Shown piece after piece: positions 55,196 to 64,000 of a DNA stretch of 64,000 nt. This DNA comes from Candidatus Eiseniibacteriota bacterium (GTDB taxonomy: Bacteria > Eisenbacteria > RBG-16-71-46 > CAVPCR01 > CBDCWB01), in the NCBI GenBank assembly GCA_965223205.1, contig OZ244990.1, forward strand, positions 898,724 to 962,723. Direction: 5' to 3'. The notes beneath the pieces are model-generated. The model was not told the origin of the DNA and did not search any database. It worked only from the letters and a program-made list of their open reading frames with translations. The stretch's first letter is position 1, and each line of letters begins with the position of its first letter. Both the position numbers and the translations under genes were made by a program.

Positions 55196-56647
55196 ATGAT
55201 GAGAAGTGTGACAAAACGGCTGCCGAGTCTGCGGATTGCACCAATGGTAGGCGCCCTCCTCACGTTGGCGAGCGCCTACTGGGCCGCCGCGCCACCGGTG
55301 GACGCCGCCCCCATCCTCCTTGAGGGCATCGCCGCCCAAGTGGGGGAGGAGATCGTCCTCGAGAGCGAGTTGGCCGAGCAGCTGGCGGTGGCCCGCCTGC
55401 GCTATGGGGTCGCTGACAGTCTGCTCGCCAAGGCGCGCGAGGACATTTTGGCCCGGGCCATCGACGAGCAGGTGCTCGTTCAAGAAGCCCGCGCCCGCGG
55501 CGTCGCTGCCTCACCCCAAGAAATCAGCATGGCGGTCGACCGCTTGCTCGAAACCTTGCGGCAGCAGTACGGCTCTGAGGAAAACCTGCGCGCCGAGATG
55601 GAGCGCGAAGGGGTCACCGACGACGAGCTGCGCGAACGCTACCGAGCCCAGGCAGAAAACGAAATCCTCTACTCGCGCCTCTTGCAGCGCGAGATCTATT
55701 CGAAAATTGAAGTTACCGATGCCGACGTGGAGGACTACTACCGCGAGCACCGGGACGAGATCCCCGACAAGCAAGAGGCGGTGCGGTTGGCCCACGTGTT
55801 CGCCTCCGTGCGCCCGGAGGAAGAAGTCATTGACCGCGCCCAAGGCAAGCTCGACCAGGTGCGGAGCGCCCTCGACGAGGGGCAAGACTTCGCCGCCGTC
55901 GCCCGCCAGTATTCGGATGATCCCGGCGCCAGCCAATTCGGTGGCGATCTGGGGTGGCTGGAGCGCGGCCAAATCGACCCGCGGATCGAGGAAGTGCTCT
56001 TTGGGCTGGAAGTCGGCGAGGTGTCCGAGCCCTTCCAAACGCCTTTGGGGATCCAAATCCTCAAAGTGACCGACCGCGGCGACGATGGTTCTAAGGTGCG
56101 GGCCTCGCACATTCTGGTGCTCCTGGCGCCCGGTCGAAGCGACATTGCCCGCGCCAAGGCAAAGATCGACAAGGTGGCAGGGTTGGCCAAGGCCGGCACC
56201 GACTTTGCCGATCTTGCCGCAACTTATTCGGATGACACCGAGTCCGCCGAAAAGGGGGGCGATCTCGGACACTTTGCGGTCGAAGAGCTGGTGCCGGTCA
56301 TCGCCGAGGCGGTCGACGGGATCGGCGTCGGTGAAACGTCTGAAGTGATCGAAACCGACCAGGGCTACCACGTCTTTAAGGTGACCGAAAGGCAGGCCGG
56401 GGGCCGAGTCACGCTGGAGGAGATTCGCGACCAGCTGCGGAACCTCATTTTGGAAGAGCGCGCCGCCCAAGATGTCGAGACCTGGCTGACCAAGATTCGA
56501 AGCAACTACTACATCCGCCGCGCCACCGCCGATCCCCTCGCTCAAGCGGGCCCGGCCCCGACGGTGATCTCGCGACCGGTCGCCCTGGATCAAGCCGCAG
56601 CGCCGGCGCCAAGCACGGCAAACGAAACCTCAGAGGAGGACGAGTGA
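55196..56647 (+). CDS. SurA/PpiD-like periplasmic chaperone with two parvulin-type PPIase domains
   Basis: Signal peptide. Two rotamase domains (...FGGDLGWLERGQIDPRIEE... and ...GGDLGHFAVEELVPVIAE...). Confidence 0.8.
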   Translation: MMRSVTKRLPSLRIAPMVGALLTLASAYWAAAPPVDAAPILLEGIAAQVGEEIVLESELAEQLAVARLRYGVADSLLAKAREDILARAIDEQVLVQEARARGVAASPQEISMAVDRLLETLRQQYGSEENLRAEMEREGVTDDELRERYRAQAENEILYSRLLQREIYSKIEVTDADVEDYYREHRDEIPDKQEAVRLAHVFASVRPEEEVIDRAQGKLDQVRSALDEGQDFAAVARQYSDDPGASQFGGDLGWLERGQIDPRIEEVLFGLEVGEVSEPFQTPLGIQILKVTDRGDDGSKVRASHILVLLAPGRSDIARAKAKIDKVAGLAKAGTDFADLAATYSDDTESAEKGGDLGHFAVEELVPVIAEAVDGIGVGETSEVIETDQGYHVFKVTERQAGGRVTLEEIRDQLRNLILEERAAQDVETWLTKIRSNYYIRRATADPLAQAGPAPTVISRPVALDQAAAPAPSTANETSEEDE

Positions 56648-57930
56648 TGCGGGACGTGGTGATTGTCGATGGCATCCGCACGCCGTTTTGCAAGGTGGGC
56701 ACCGCGCTCCGCCACGTGCCGGCCCAGGAGTTGGGGCGCTGGGTGGTCGCCGAACTCATCGAACGGAACGACCTGGATCCAACTACCATCGACCACGTCG
56801 TCCTCGGCAACATCGCCGGGCCACCGGATGCCGCCAACATTGCGCGGGTTGTGGCGCTGATGGCCGGTGTGCCGCAAAAGGTGGGGGCCTACACCGTGAA
56901 TCGCAACTGCGCTTCGGGGCTCGAGTCGATCGCCGCCGCGGCGCGCATGATCATGATCGGTGAGTCGGACGTGGTGATTGCCGGCGGCACCGAATCCATG
57001 TCGATGGTGCCGTTCTTCTTCAAGGAGTCGGCCAAGGACGCCTTCGTGCAGATGGGGCGGGCCAAGAGCGCCGGGGCCAAGCTCCAAAGCTTCACGCAGT
57101 TTCGACCCGAGCACTTTGCACCGATGGTTGGGCTCGAGGTGGGGCTCACCGACCCGGTCTGTGGCCTCAACATGGGGGAGACCGCCGAAGTCTTGGCGCG
57201 GCGTTTCCGCATTTCACGCGAGTTGCAAGACGAGTTCGCACTGCGAAGCCACCAGCGCGCCGTCGCCGCCCGCGAGCGCCTGTCCGAGGAGATCCACCCG
57301 GTTTACCCACCGCCCAAGTACTCGGAGGCGGTGACCCACGACATCGGGCCGCGGGAGAATCAGTCGATCGACGCGCTTGCCAAGCTGCGCCCCGCCTTTG
57401 ACCGCCGCCACGGCACGGTGACCGCCGGCAACGCCTGCGGCATCACCGACGGCGCCGCGGCGCTCTTGGTGATGTCGGCCGAGCGCGCTCGCGAGTTCGG
57501 TTACACGCCCATCGGGCGGCTCAAGTCCTACGCCACTGCCGGCCTGGATCCGAGCCAGATGGGCTTGGGGCCGGTGTTTGCCGCCCCGGCCGCGCTTGAC
57601 CGCGCCCACGTGTCGATGCAGGACATCGGTTTGATCGAGATGAATGAGGCGTTTGCCGCCCAGGTCATCGCCAACGAAATCACCTTCGGTTCACGCGAGT
57701 TTGCCGCGGATGAATTGGGCCGCTCAACCCCGGTCGGTGAGATCGATCCCGAGCGCATGAACGTCAACGGCGGTGCGATCGCCATTGGCCACCCGGTGGG
57801 CACTACCGGTTCGCGCCTGGTCTTGACCCTCCTCAGGGAGATGCAGCGGCGACAAGTCGATTTGGGACTCGCCACTTTGTGCGTGGGCGGCGGTCAGGGT
57901 GCCGCCATGGTGCTCGAGCGCCTCGCCTAG
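56644..57930 (+). CDS. Acetyl-CoA C-acyltransferase (thiolase, FadA/FadI-like)
   Basis: NRNCASGLESIA (Cys nucleophile), NVNGGAIAIGHPVGTTGSRLV and CVGGGQGAAMVLERL thiolase signatures. GTG/ATG start overlaps the upstream stop. Confidence 0.9.
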   Translation: MMRDVVIVDGIRTPFCKVGTALRHVPAQELGRWVVAELIERNDLDPTTIDHVVLGNIAGPPDAANIARVVALMAGVPQKVGAYTVNRNCASGLESIAAAARMIMIGESDVVIAGGTESMSMVPFFFKESAKDAFVQMGRAKSAGAKLQSFTQFRPEHFAPMVGLEVGLTDPVCGLNMGETAEVLARRFRISRELQDEFALRSHQRAVAARERLSEEIHPVYPPPKYSEAVTHDIGPRENQSIDALAKLRPAFDRRHGTVTAGNACGITDGAAALLVMSAERAREFGYTPIGRLKSYATAGLDPSQMGLGPVFAAPAALDRAHVSMQDIGLIEMNEAFAAQVIANEITFGSREFAADELGRSTPVGEIDPERMNVNGGAIAIGHPVGTTGSRLVLTLLREMQRRQVDLGLATLCVGGGQGAAMVLERLA

Positions 57931-57958
57931 GCACCTCAGGCTTGAGAGGCTAGAAACA

Positions 57959-60238
57959 GTGAACGACGGATTCAGCGAAACCAAAGGGCCCGCCGTCGGC
58001 GCGGGAAGCGATGAGCCGCGGTCGCACGCTGGTGCGGCATTGGCCGCCACCACCGACCGCCCCGCCGTCGGCGAACGGGCAACGGCTGCGGTGCACCTCG
58101 ACCGCGGGCCCGAAGGGCTCCTCTACCTGACGTTCGACACGCCCGGTAAGAAGGTCAACATCTTTAGCTTCGATGCGCTGGAACAGCTCGATCAAGTGCT
58201 CGACGAAATCGGCCGCATGAGCGATGCCACGTGCGTGTTGGCGCGGAGCTTCAAGCCCGATTGCTTCATCGCCGGCGCCGACCTCGAGTCGATTGCCGGC
58301 GCCGAGCACAAAACGGCGGCGGTCGAGGCCTCGCGGATGGGGCAGGCCGTGTTCGCCAAGGTGGAGACCCTGCGGTTGCCGGTTTTGGCTGCCATCAATG
58401 GCGTTTGCCTGGGTGGCGGGACCGAGTTTGCGCTTGCCTGCCACTTCCGGTTGGCCTCCGACTCGCCCGCCGTGCGCATCGGCTTGCCCGAGGTCAAGCT
58501 CGGTATCCTACCCGCTTGGGGCGGCACCCAGCGCTTGCCCAAAATTGTGGGCCTGGCGCGCGCGCTGGATCTGATCCTCAGCGGACGCTCGATCGACGGC
58601 CGGCGGGCCAGGACGATAGGGCTGGTCGACGACGTCGTCCCCAAGGAACTTTTTGCCGACTACTCGGTCAGCTATCTGGAGAAGCAGGTGGCGGCGGGTC
58701 GCGGGCCCAGGCGGGCCAAGCCCAAACTCAAGCCGGCCGAGCGCGCCCTGGAAAGCAACCGGCTGACCCGCCGAATCATTTACGACAAGGCGGCGGCCTC
58801 GGTGTTCAAGACCACCCAGGGTCACTACCCGGCGCCGCCTAAGGCGCTGGAAGCTATAAAGGTGGGGATCGAGCGCGGCAACCGCGCCGGCTACCTTTTG
58901 GAGTCGACGTTCGTCGGGGAGTTGGTGACCGGGCCGGTGTGCAAGAGCTTGGTGCAGCTCTTTTTCGCCACCGAAGCAGTCAAGCGCGCCAAACATGTCA
59001 CCGGTCGCGAAGTGGAACCTTTGCCAGTCCGGAAGGCTGCGGTGCTTGGAGCCGGGGTGATGGGCGGCGGCATCGCCCAGATCATTACCCACAAAGACAT
59101 TCCCGTGCGCATCAAAGACCTCAACCCCGAGGCCATCGCCGGTGCCATGCGCCAGGCGTCCTCGGTCTACGGCCGCCGCTTGAAGCGGCGCCGGATGAGC
59201 CAGCGCGAGTTCAACCAGAAGATGGGGCTTATTCGGCCCACCCTGGACTACTCAGGTTTCAAGCGGGTCGACGTGGTCGTCGAAGCCATCGTCGAGAACA
59301 TCGAAATCAAGCGCCGCGTCTTCGCTGAGCTGGAGGACTACGTCCGCGAGGATTGCATTGTCGCCTCCAATACGTCGTCCTTGATGATCGGCGATATGGC
59401 CAGCGCCTTCCTGCACCCCGAGCGTTTCTGCGGCATGCATTTCTTCAACCCGGTCGACCGCATGCCGCTGGTCGAGGTTATCCGCGGTCCCCAGACCAGC
59501 GACGTGGCGGTGGAGACGATCTACAACCTGTCGCGGAAGATAGGCAAGACACCCATCGTCGTTGCCGACCGCCCTGGCTTCCTGGTGAATCGCATCCTCA
59601 TGCCCTACTTGAACGAAGCCTGCTTGCTGCTCGAGGAGGGTGCTTCGATCGACCAGGTCGACCAGGTCATGGTCAACTTTGGCATGCCCATGGGGCCTTT
59701 GCGGCTTTTGGACGAGATCGGGCTGGACGTCGCCCAGCACGCCGCCGGTGTCTTAACCTCGGCGTTTTCTGACCACCTGCAGCCGGCTGCGTTGTTGGCG
59801 GCCGCCGGTGCCGACGATCGCCTCGGCAGGAAAAATGGCCGCGGCTTCTACAACTACGCTGACCCCAAGAAGCCGGTGGTCGACCCCACCATCTATGATG
59901 TAGTGCGCCGGGCGACGGCGGACGCCAACCGGCCGGAGCCGGGCAGCGTCGTCTTCGACAACATCCTCGATCGCCTGCTCCTCCAAATGCTGAACGAGGC
60001 GGCGCGCTGCTTGGACGAAAAGGTGGTGGCCACGCCGACCGACGTCGACTTGGGCCTGGTCATGGGCACCGGCTTCCCGCCCTTCCGGGGCGGGCTCCTG
60101 CGCTACGTCGACCACGAAGGGCTCGATGAGGCAGTCGATAAGCTGCGCGCCCTGGCCGGCGAAGGGCGCTCCCGCTACGCCCCCGCACCCCTCCTCGAGG
60201 AGATGGTGCGGACAAGGCGGCGCTTCTACCACGGCTAG
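57959..60238 (+). CDS. Fatty-acid oxidation complex alpha subunit (enoyl-CoA hydratase plus 3-hydroxyacyl-CoA dehydrogenase, FadJ/FadB type)
   Basis: GAGAGG Shine-Dalgarno. Crotonase domain (AAINGVCLGGGTEFALACHFRLAS). NAD-binding VLGAGVMGGGIAQ. HFFNPV. 3HCDH C-terminal domain. Thiolase-then-alpha gene order as in fadIJ. Confidence 0.85.
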   Translation: MNDGFSETKGPAVGAGSDEPRSHAGAALAATTDRPAVGERATAAVHLDRGPEGLLYLTFDTPGKKVNIFSFDALEQLDQVLDEIGRMSDATCVLARSFKPDCFIAGADLESIAGAEHKTAAVEASRMGQAVFAKVETLRLPVLAAINGVCLGGGTEFALACHFRLASDSPAVRIGLPEVKLGILPAWGGTQRLPKIVGLARALDLILSGRSIDGRRARTIGLVDDVVPKELFADYSVSYLEKQVAAGRGPRRAKPKLKPAERALESNRLTRRIIYDKAAASVFKTTQGHYPAPPKALEAIKVGIERGNRAGYLLESTFVGELVTGPVCKSLVQLFFATEAVKRAKHVTGREVEPLPVRKAAVLGAGVMGGGIAQIITHKDIPVRIKDLNPEAIAGAMRQASSVYGRRLKRRRMSQREFNQKMGLIRPTLDYSGFKRVDVVVEAIVENIEIKRRVFAELEDYVREDCIVASNTSSLMIGDMASAFLHPERFCGMHFFNPVDRMPLVEVIRGPQTSDVAVETIYNLSRKIGKTPIVVADRPGFLVNRILMPYLNEACLLLEEGASIDQVDQVMVNFGMPMGPLRLLDEIGLDVAQHAAGVLTSAFSDHLQPAALLAAAGADDRLGRKNGRGFYNYADPKKPVVDPTIYDVVRRATADANRPEPGSVVFDNILDRLLLQMLNEAARCLDEKVVATPTDVDLGLVMGTGFPPFRGGLLRYVDHEGLDEAVDKLRALAGEGRSRYAPAPLLEEMVRTRRRFYHG

Positions 60239-60258
60239 GCCGGGGTTCGCCGGCCGCC
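60236..60258 (+). terminator. Possible GC-rich hairpin terminator after the fatty-acid oxidation gene
   Basis: GGCCGGggttcgCCGGCC stem-loop directly after the stop. No U-tract. Confidence 0.25.
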
Positions 60259-60411
60259 CTTAAGCCGGGGTTGCTGAACCGCGCCGTTTGGCCTATCGTC
60301 CCCGACTGCTGATCGCATTTCGCTTGACGAGCGCGCCGCCCCTTGCCGCTCGTGGCCCCGCGGCGGTCATTCTGATCGGGATCAGCATCATTCGACGAGG
60401 AGGTAACCGTC

Positions 60412-61326
60412 ATGATCCAGGGTGCACACGATCCGCGTGCGACGCGCCTTGTGTTGTTACTAGCAGCAGGCATACTCGCGCTTGCCCTAGCCGTGGCCGG
60501 GTGCGGCGACGACACCGTGAGCCCGCCCCAAGAATTTGCGCCGCCCTCAAACGTGTCATTCATCAACGACAACGAAGCCATTACCATTACCTGGGACTCG
60601 TCGCCGGACGAGGCGCGCTCAGACTTCCAGGGCTACAACCTGTATCGCAGCACCTCGACCCTGATTGGCGCGACGACCACCGAGTTGGCGGCCGCCCAGG
60701 TCACCCAGAACCCGACCACGGTCAACCAGCTCACCGACGCCGGCGTCACCAATGGCACGATCTACTACTACCATGTGCGGTCGGTGAAATCGAACGGCGA
60801 CCTGAGCCAGGCCAGCAACGAGGTGGATACCGCCGGCCGGCTCGAGGGTGGGCCGGTGACGGTCACCGAGTTCGCTTCGGCTGCCGATCCGAGTGGCTAC
60901 GATATGTCGGCTGGTATCGCCGTGGCTATGTCCAGCACCAACCCTGACAACCGCATGCTCATCGACTTTTACCTGGGCACTACCGACGCCAACGACGACT
61001 CGGGGAGCCAGCTGGCCATCAAGAGTCCGCACCTGGTCTTGAACGGCGACGCCGCCTGGGCCAACCGTACAGCCGGCTTCAAGCTGCTCGACGACCGCGA
61101 CGTGTCGTTCGAGACGCCGGGCGGCTGGCAAGACCAGATCGCCTTGGGGACCGACGCCGCCGAGATCAACGGCACAGTCATCGCAGTGCAAGCGCCGCTG
61201 GATGTCAACGGCGAGCGCCACTACGGCAAGATCGAGATCCTGACCAGCTCGATTGGCGTGCCGGGTGAGCGCAACATCGAAGTGCTCTGGACCTTCCAGG
61301 AGCTGCCCAACTACATCCGCTTCTAG
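60412..61326 (+). CDS. Lipoprotein with a fibronectin-type-III domain
   Basis: GAGGAGG Shine-Dalgarno. LALAVAGC lipobox. FN3-like ITITWDSSPDE...YNLYRSTS...GTIYYYHVRSV. Confidence 0.65.
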   Translation: MIQGAHDPRATRLVLLLAAGILALALAVAGCGDDTVSPPQEFAPPSNVSFINDNEAITITWDSSPDEARSDFQGYNLYRSTSTLIGATTTELAAAQVTQNPTTVNQLTDAGVTNGTIYYYHVRSVKSNGDLSQASNEVDTAGRLEGGPVTVTEFASAADPSGYDMSAGIAVAMSSTNPDNRMLIDFYLGTTDANDDSGSQLAIKSPHLVLNGDAAWANRTAGFKLLDDRDVSFETPGGWQDQIALGTDAAEINGTVIAVQAPLDVNGERHYGKIEILTSSIGVPGERNIEVLWTFQELPNYIRF

Positions 61327-61338
61327 TCGACGAAGCCT

Positions 61339-62403
61339 CTACTCACTCGGCGACGCCGGTTTCGAACCGTTGGGTTCGGCGGCGTCGCCGAGTTGTTTTG
61401 TGCCCATCTTGAGCGCTTCCTCGCGCATGTCGACGACGTGATCGGTCTCGTCGACAATCTCGGAACCCAGGAGCGACTCGAGGACGTCTTCGAGGGTGAC
61501 GACGCCGACGATGTGGCCGTACTCATCGACGACGCCGAACAGGTGCTGGCGCCGGTCGATAAACTCTTGCAGCACACCAAGTCCACCCAAGCCCTCGTGG
61601 ACAAACTCGATCGGCTTGGAGATTTCCCGCATCATGAGACCGAACTCGTCGCTGGCAGCGCGCGACAAGATGTCGCGCCGCAGCACGATGCCGTTCCAGT
61701 CGTCGTCGTCACCCGGGACGTGGATGGGGATCCGGGAGTGTGGCACCACGGCGGCATCCTGCGACACGCTGCCCACAGAGGCGTCGGCGGGTACGCGGAA
61801 GACGACAGTGCGGGGCGTCATGATGTCGCGCACCTTGACCTCGTCGAGACGCAGCACGTTCCCTACCAGTCGCGCTTCGGCCTGGTGGATGCTGCCCTCT
61901 TCGGCGCTCATCTCGGCGAGCGAGTGCACTTCATCTTCGGGCGCCACCGGCCGGCGGGGAAAGACGTCGGCAAAGCGCTGCGCCAACCAAACGAGCGGGT
62001 ACAAGAGATAGATGAGCGTGTTGAGCGGCACGGCGGCCGCCCGAGCCACCCCGCGGCTGAAGGTGACGCCGGCGACCTTGGGCAGGATTTCGGAGAAAAG
62101 CAGGACCGCCAGAGTGAACACCGCCGAGAAAAACCACAGCGATTGCTCACCGAACAAGAGTCGTGCTTGCGCTCCAGCAATCGACGCGCCGGCGGTGTTG
62201 GCGATGGTGTTGACGATGAGAATGGCGGTGATCGGCCGCCCCATGTGGGCTTTGAAGCGCGTCAGAATGCGGCCTTGCAAGGAGTTGGTGTCGGCCAATC
62301 GCCGCACGTAGGCGGGGGCGACGGCGTAGAGCGCCGCCTCTGAGAGCGAGCACAGCGCCGAAATGATGAGTACCGAAGCTACGGAGAGAACGAAGAGCTG
62401 CAT
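61339..62403 (-). CDS. CNNM-type transporter-associated protein (DUF21 membrane domain plus a CBS pair), HlyC/CorC family
   Basis: GGAAGG Shine-Dalgarno. N-terminal DUF21 TM region. Two CBS motifs (VKVRDIMTPRTVV..., ...GHIVGVVTLEDVLESLLG). A segment is duplicated at 44,821-45,006. Confidence 0.85.
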   Translation of the reverse strand: MQLFVLSVASVLIISALCSLSEAALYAVAPAYVRRLADTNSLQGRILTRFKAHMGRPITAILIVNTIANTAGASIAGAQARLLFGEQSLWFFSAVFTLAVLLFSEILPKVAGVTFSRGVARAAAVPLNTLIYLLYPLVWLAQRFADVFPRRPVAPEDEVHSLAEMSAEEGSIHQAEARLVGNVLRLDEVKVRDIMTPRTVVFRVPADASVGSVSQDAAVVPHSRIPIHVPGDDDDWNGIVLRRDILSRAASDEFGLMMREISKPIEFVHEGLGGLGVLQEFIDRRQHLFGVVDEYGHIVGVVTLEDVLESLLGSEIVDETDHVVDMREEALKMGTKQLGDAAEPNGSKPASPSE

Positions 62404-62519
62404 GGCACCTTCCGGAGAGGTTGGTTACGGCCGGAATCTATGACCCTAGCGTACCCGCTGGCGCGCGTCGTGTCCTAGTTCCCCGGTCCTAGTTCTCCGG
62501 TGCCAGTTCCGGCCGGCGG

Positions 62520-64000
62520 TTAGCCGCAGCGGCGCAGTGGCGTTCTACGAGCCCCGATCGAGAAGCAGCGCTCGACCTCACCGATTTCTCGCTGCGCTGT
62601 CCCGTCGCGCCAGCCCAGCTCCGGCGCCATCAGCTGGGCGGTGCGCGCCAGCGCGTCGTGCCCGGGGTGCCCGAGCGTGCCGAGCCCCGTCCGGCGAAAG
62701 ACGACGTCGGCGAGCGTTTGCGCCATCTCTTCGCGGACTGCGTGAACCACTGCGGCACCGATCGTCTCCCGGCCCGGGGCCAAACGTTCGGCGTAGCGCG
62801 CATCGGTCAAGGCCAGGTCGAGGAGTTGGGTGGCTTCGCTGCCGTAGCTTTGTGCCAGCTCCTCCAGGACGTCGGCGTTTGCAGAGCCCGGTGGTTCTCC
62901 GCCGATTGGCTCAGCCAATGCCTCGCCGCGCCGTAGGAAGTCGGCAAGGAAGGTGTCCCAGCGTTCCAACGCACCACCCCAGGCGCGCGTCTGGGCGGTG
63001 CGGCAGGGGGGTGCCTCCCTCCCGAGCTTCTCAAAGATCAGGTCCACCGTCTGGCGGGCGAGGTTCCGCGCCGTCGTGTACTTGGCACCGATCGTCGTGA
63101 CCAAGGCGTCGACCCCGTCGAGCGTCGCGTGGTCGTAGACTTGATACTGTCCAGCGCCCTGGTAGACGCCGGGCGCGACGTCCTTGTCGACCAAGGGATA
63201 CAGGCCACAGAAGGCGTGGAGGACGTCCTGCCGCTTCAACCCCGCCGCCGGGTAGGCAGCGTCGATTTCGGCGACGAACTCATCGATGTCCTTGGCGGTG
63301 ACGTGGACGTCACCGGGATCGCCTTCGTAGGGTACGTTGGTGGTGCCGATCAGCGAGTGCCCCCGCCAGGGGATGATGAAGAAGTGGCGCCCGCCGCGGT
63401 TGATGACCGCTTCGTTTTGGTGTTGCGTGGCGAGGGCAATCGCCCCCGATCGACTGAGCGACCGGGTCACCAGGTGGACGCCCTTCGACAACGCCACCGA
63501 GTAGGGGGCGCGGCCGAGGGCGCGATCCACCAAGCGCCGCGCCCAAGGTCCGGTGACGTTGGCCACCATCGAAGCTTGGATCTCGAAGGTGTCACCGCCG
63601 TGGCCGTCGCGCACCGTCACCCCCCGGACGCGCCGCGCGTCGCCCAGAAAGCCGGTGACCTCGACGTAGTTGGCGACCACCGCGCCGGCTGCCGCCGCCG
63701 AGCGAATCACCGCCAGGGTCATCCGCTCCGAGTTGTGCATGTGGGCTTCCCAGTAGTGGACGCCCCCGGTTAACCCCGCCGGGGGTAGGTGCGGCTCCTC
63801 GGCGAGGGCTGCGCGCTTGGAGAGCAGTCGGAAACGCCCCAGGTGGCGCGAGGCATCGGCCAAGCGGTTCTGGTCGAACCCCAGCGCTTCGTACACGCAC
63901 ATGCCGGCAGCGAGGATTTCCTTGCCGCGGAGCCCATGACCGTAGGTGGGAATCAAAAACGGCAGCGGCCGCACTAAGTGAGGTGCCATGTACCGAAAGT
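62520..64000 (-). CDS. glpD: FAD-dependent glycerol-3-phosphate dehydrogenase (GlpD/GlpA family), 5'-partial at the window edge
   Basis: The central and C-terminal GlpD regions are present (NRGGRHFFIIPWRGHSLIGTT, C-terminal helical domain). The N-terminal FAD-binding GxGxxG must lie beyond 64,000, so the listed M at 63,989 is internal. Confidence 0.8.
   Translation of the reverse strand, partial: FRYMAPHLVRPLPFLIPTYGHGLRGKEILAAGMCVYEALGFDQNRLADASRHLGRFRLLSKRAALAEEPHLPPAGLTGGVHYWEAHMHNSERMTLAVIRSAAAAGAVVANYVEVTGFLGDARRVRGVTVRDGHGGDTFEIQASMVANVTGPWARRLVDRALGRAPYSVALSKGVHLVTRSLSRSGAIALATQHQNEAVINRGGRHFFIIPWRGHSLIGTTNVPYEGDPGDVHVTAKDIDEFVAEIDAAYPAAGLKRQDVLHAFCGLYPLVDKDVAPGVYQGAGQYQVYDHATLDGVDALVTTIGAKYTTARNLARQTVDLIFEKLGREAPPCRTAQTRAWGGALERWDTFLADFLRRGEALAEPIGGEPPGSANADVLEELAQSYGSEATQLLDLALTDARYAERLAPGRETIGAAVVHAVREEMAQTLADVVFRRTGLGTLGHPGHDALARTAQLMAPELGWRDGTAQREIGEVERCFSIGARRTPLRRCG

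Noticed and set aside
63789-63989. The listed M start at 63,989 for the glpD-like gene
   Set aside because: GlpD-family enzymes begin with a GxGxxG FAD-binding fold that is absent here. The gene must continue past the window edge, so the in-window Met is internal.
1-64000. tRNA, rRNA, prophage structural genes, and defence systems (restriction-modification, CRISPR-Cas, Cas-like nucleases)
   Set aside because: I scanned intergenic regions for tRNA-like cloverleaf lengths and conserved GTTC..GAAC arms and found none convincing. There are no capsid, terminase or integrase genes, no methyltransferase/endonuclease pairs, and no cas genes.

Overview
The window is GC-rich (about 65-68%) bacterial DNA, probably from an uncultivated lineage. 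Many secreted proteins end in the same ~80-aa C-terminal sorting-type domain, variously annotated FlgD-Ig-like or T9SS type-A / Por_Secre_tail-like, with the consensus NPFNP...YD..GR.V..L......G.H...WDG.D..G...ASG.YFYRL......RKM.LLK. That tail is typical of Gemmatimonadota and FCB-group candidate phyla. Positions 1-51,400 behave like an accessory region. They hold an apparently intact IS91-family (HUH/Y2 rolling-circle) insertion sequence at 25,885-27,900, plus at least eight truncated or internally deleted derivatives of it that all keep the same downstream (ori-like) terminus. They also hold a frameshifted IS630 copy, an IS5/IS1182-like element sitting in a GGCTAG microsatellite, an IS110 remnant, a possible IS256-like N-terminal scrap, a VapBC toxin-antitoxin pair, and many disrupted genes. 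The intact genes there are mostly for exported proteins: a choice-of-anchor-B / LVIVD propeller protein, an M1 aminopeptidase next to a GntR regulator, a 1334-aa FG-GAP repeat protein beside an ECF-sigma / Ser-Thr-kinase pair, a TolB-like lipoprotein, an S8 subtilase, a vWA / dockerin-like protein and a tandem lectin-like protein. From about 51,500 to the end the sequence looks like core genome: mfd, a SurA-like PPIase, a thiolase followed by a FadJ/FadB-type enzyme, an FN3 lipoprotein, a CNNM/DUF21-CBS transporter, and the 3' part of a glpD-like gene cut by the window edge. I did not find rRNA, tRNA or CRISPR arrays. The most interesting structure here is the IS91-like family itself. Its ~330-bp MITE-like ori-end minielements each abut a 5'-truncated host gene, and a VapBC cassette sits where such elements carry passenger DNA. 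Both arrangements suggest ISCR-style one-ended rolling-circle transduction that shuffles gene fragments, including C-terminal sorting-domain tails, around this secretome island.
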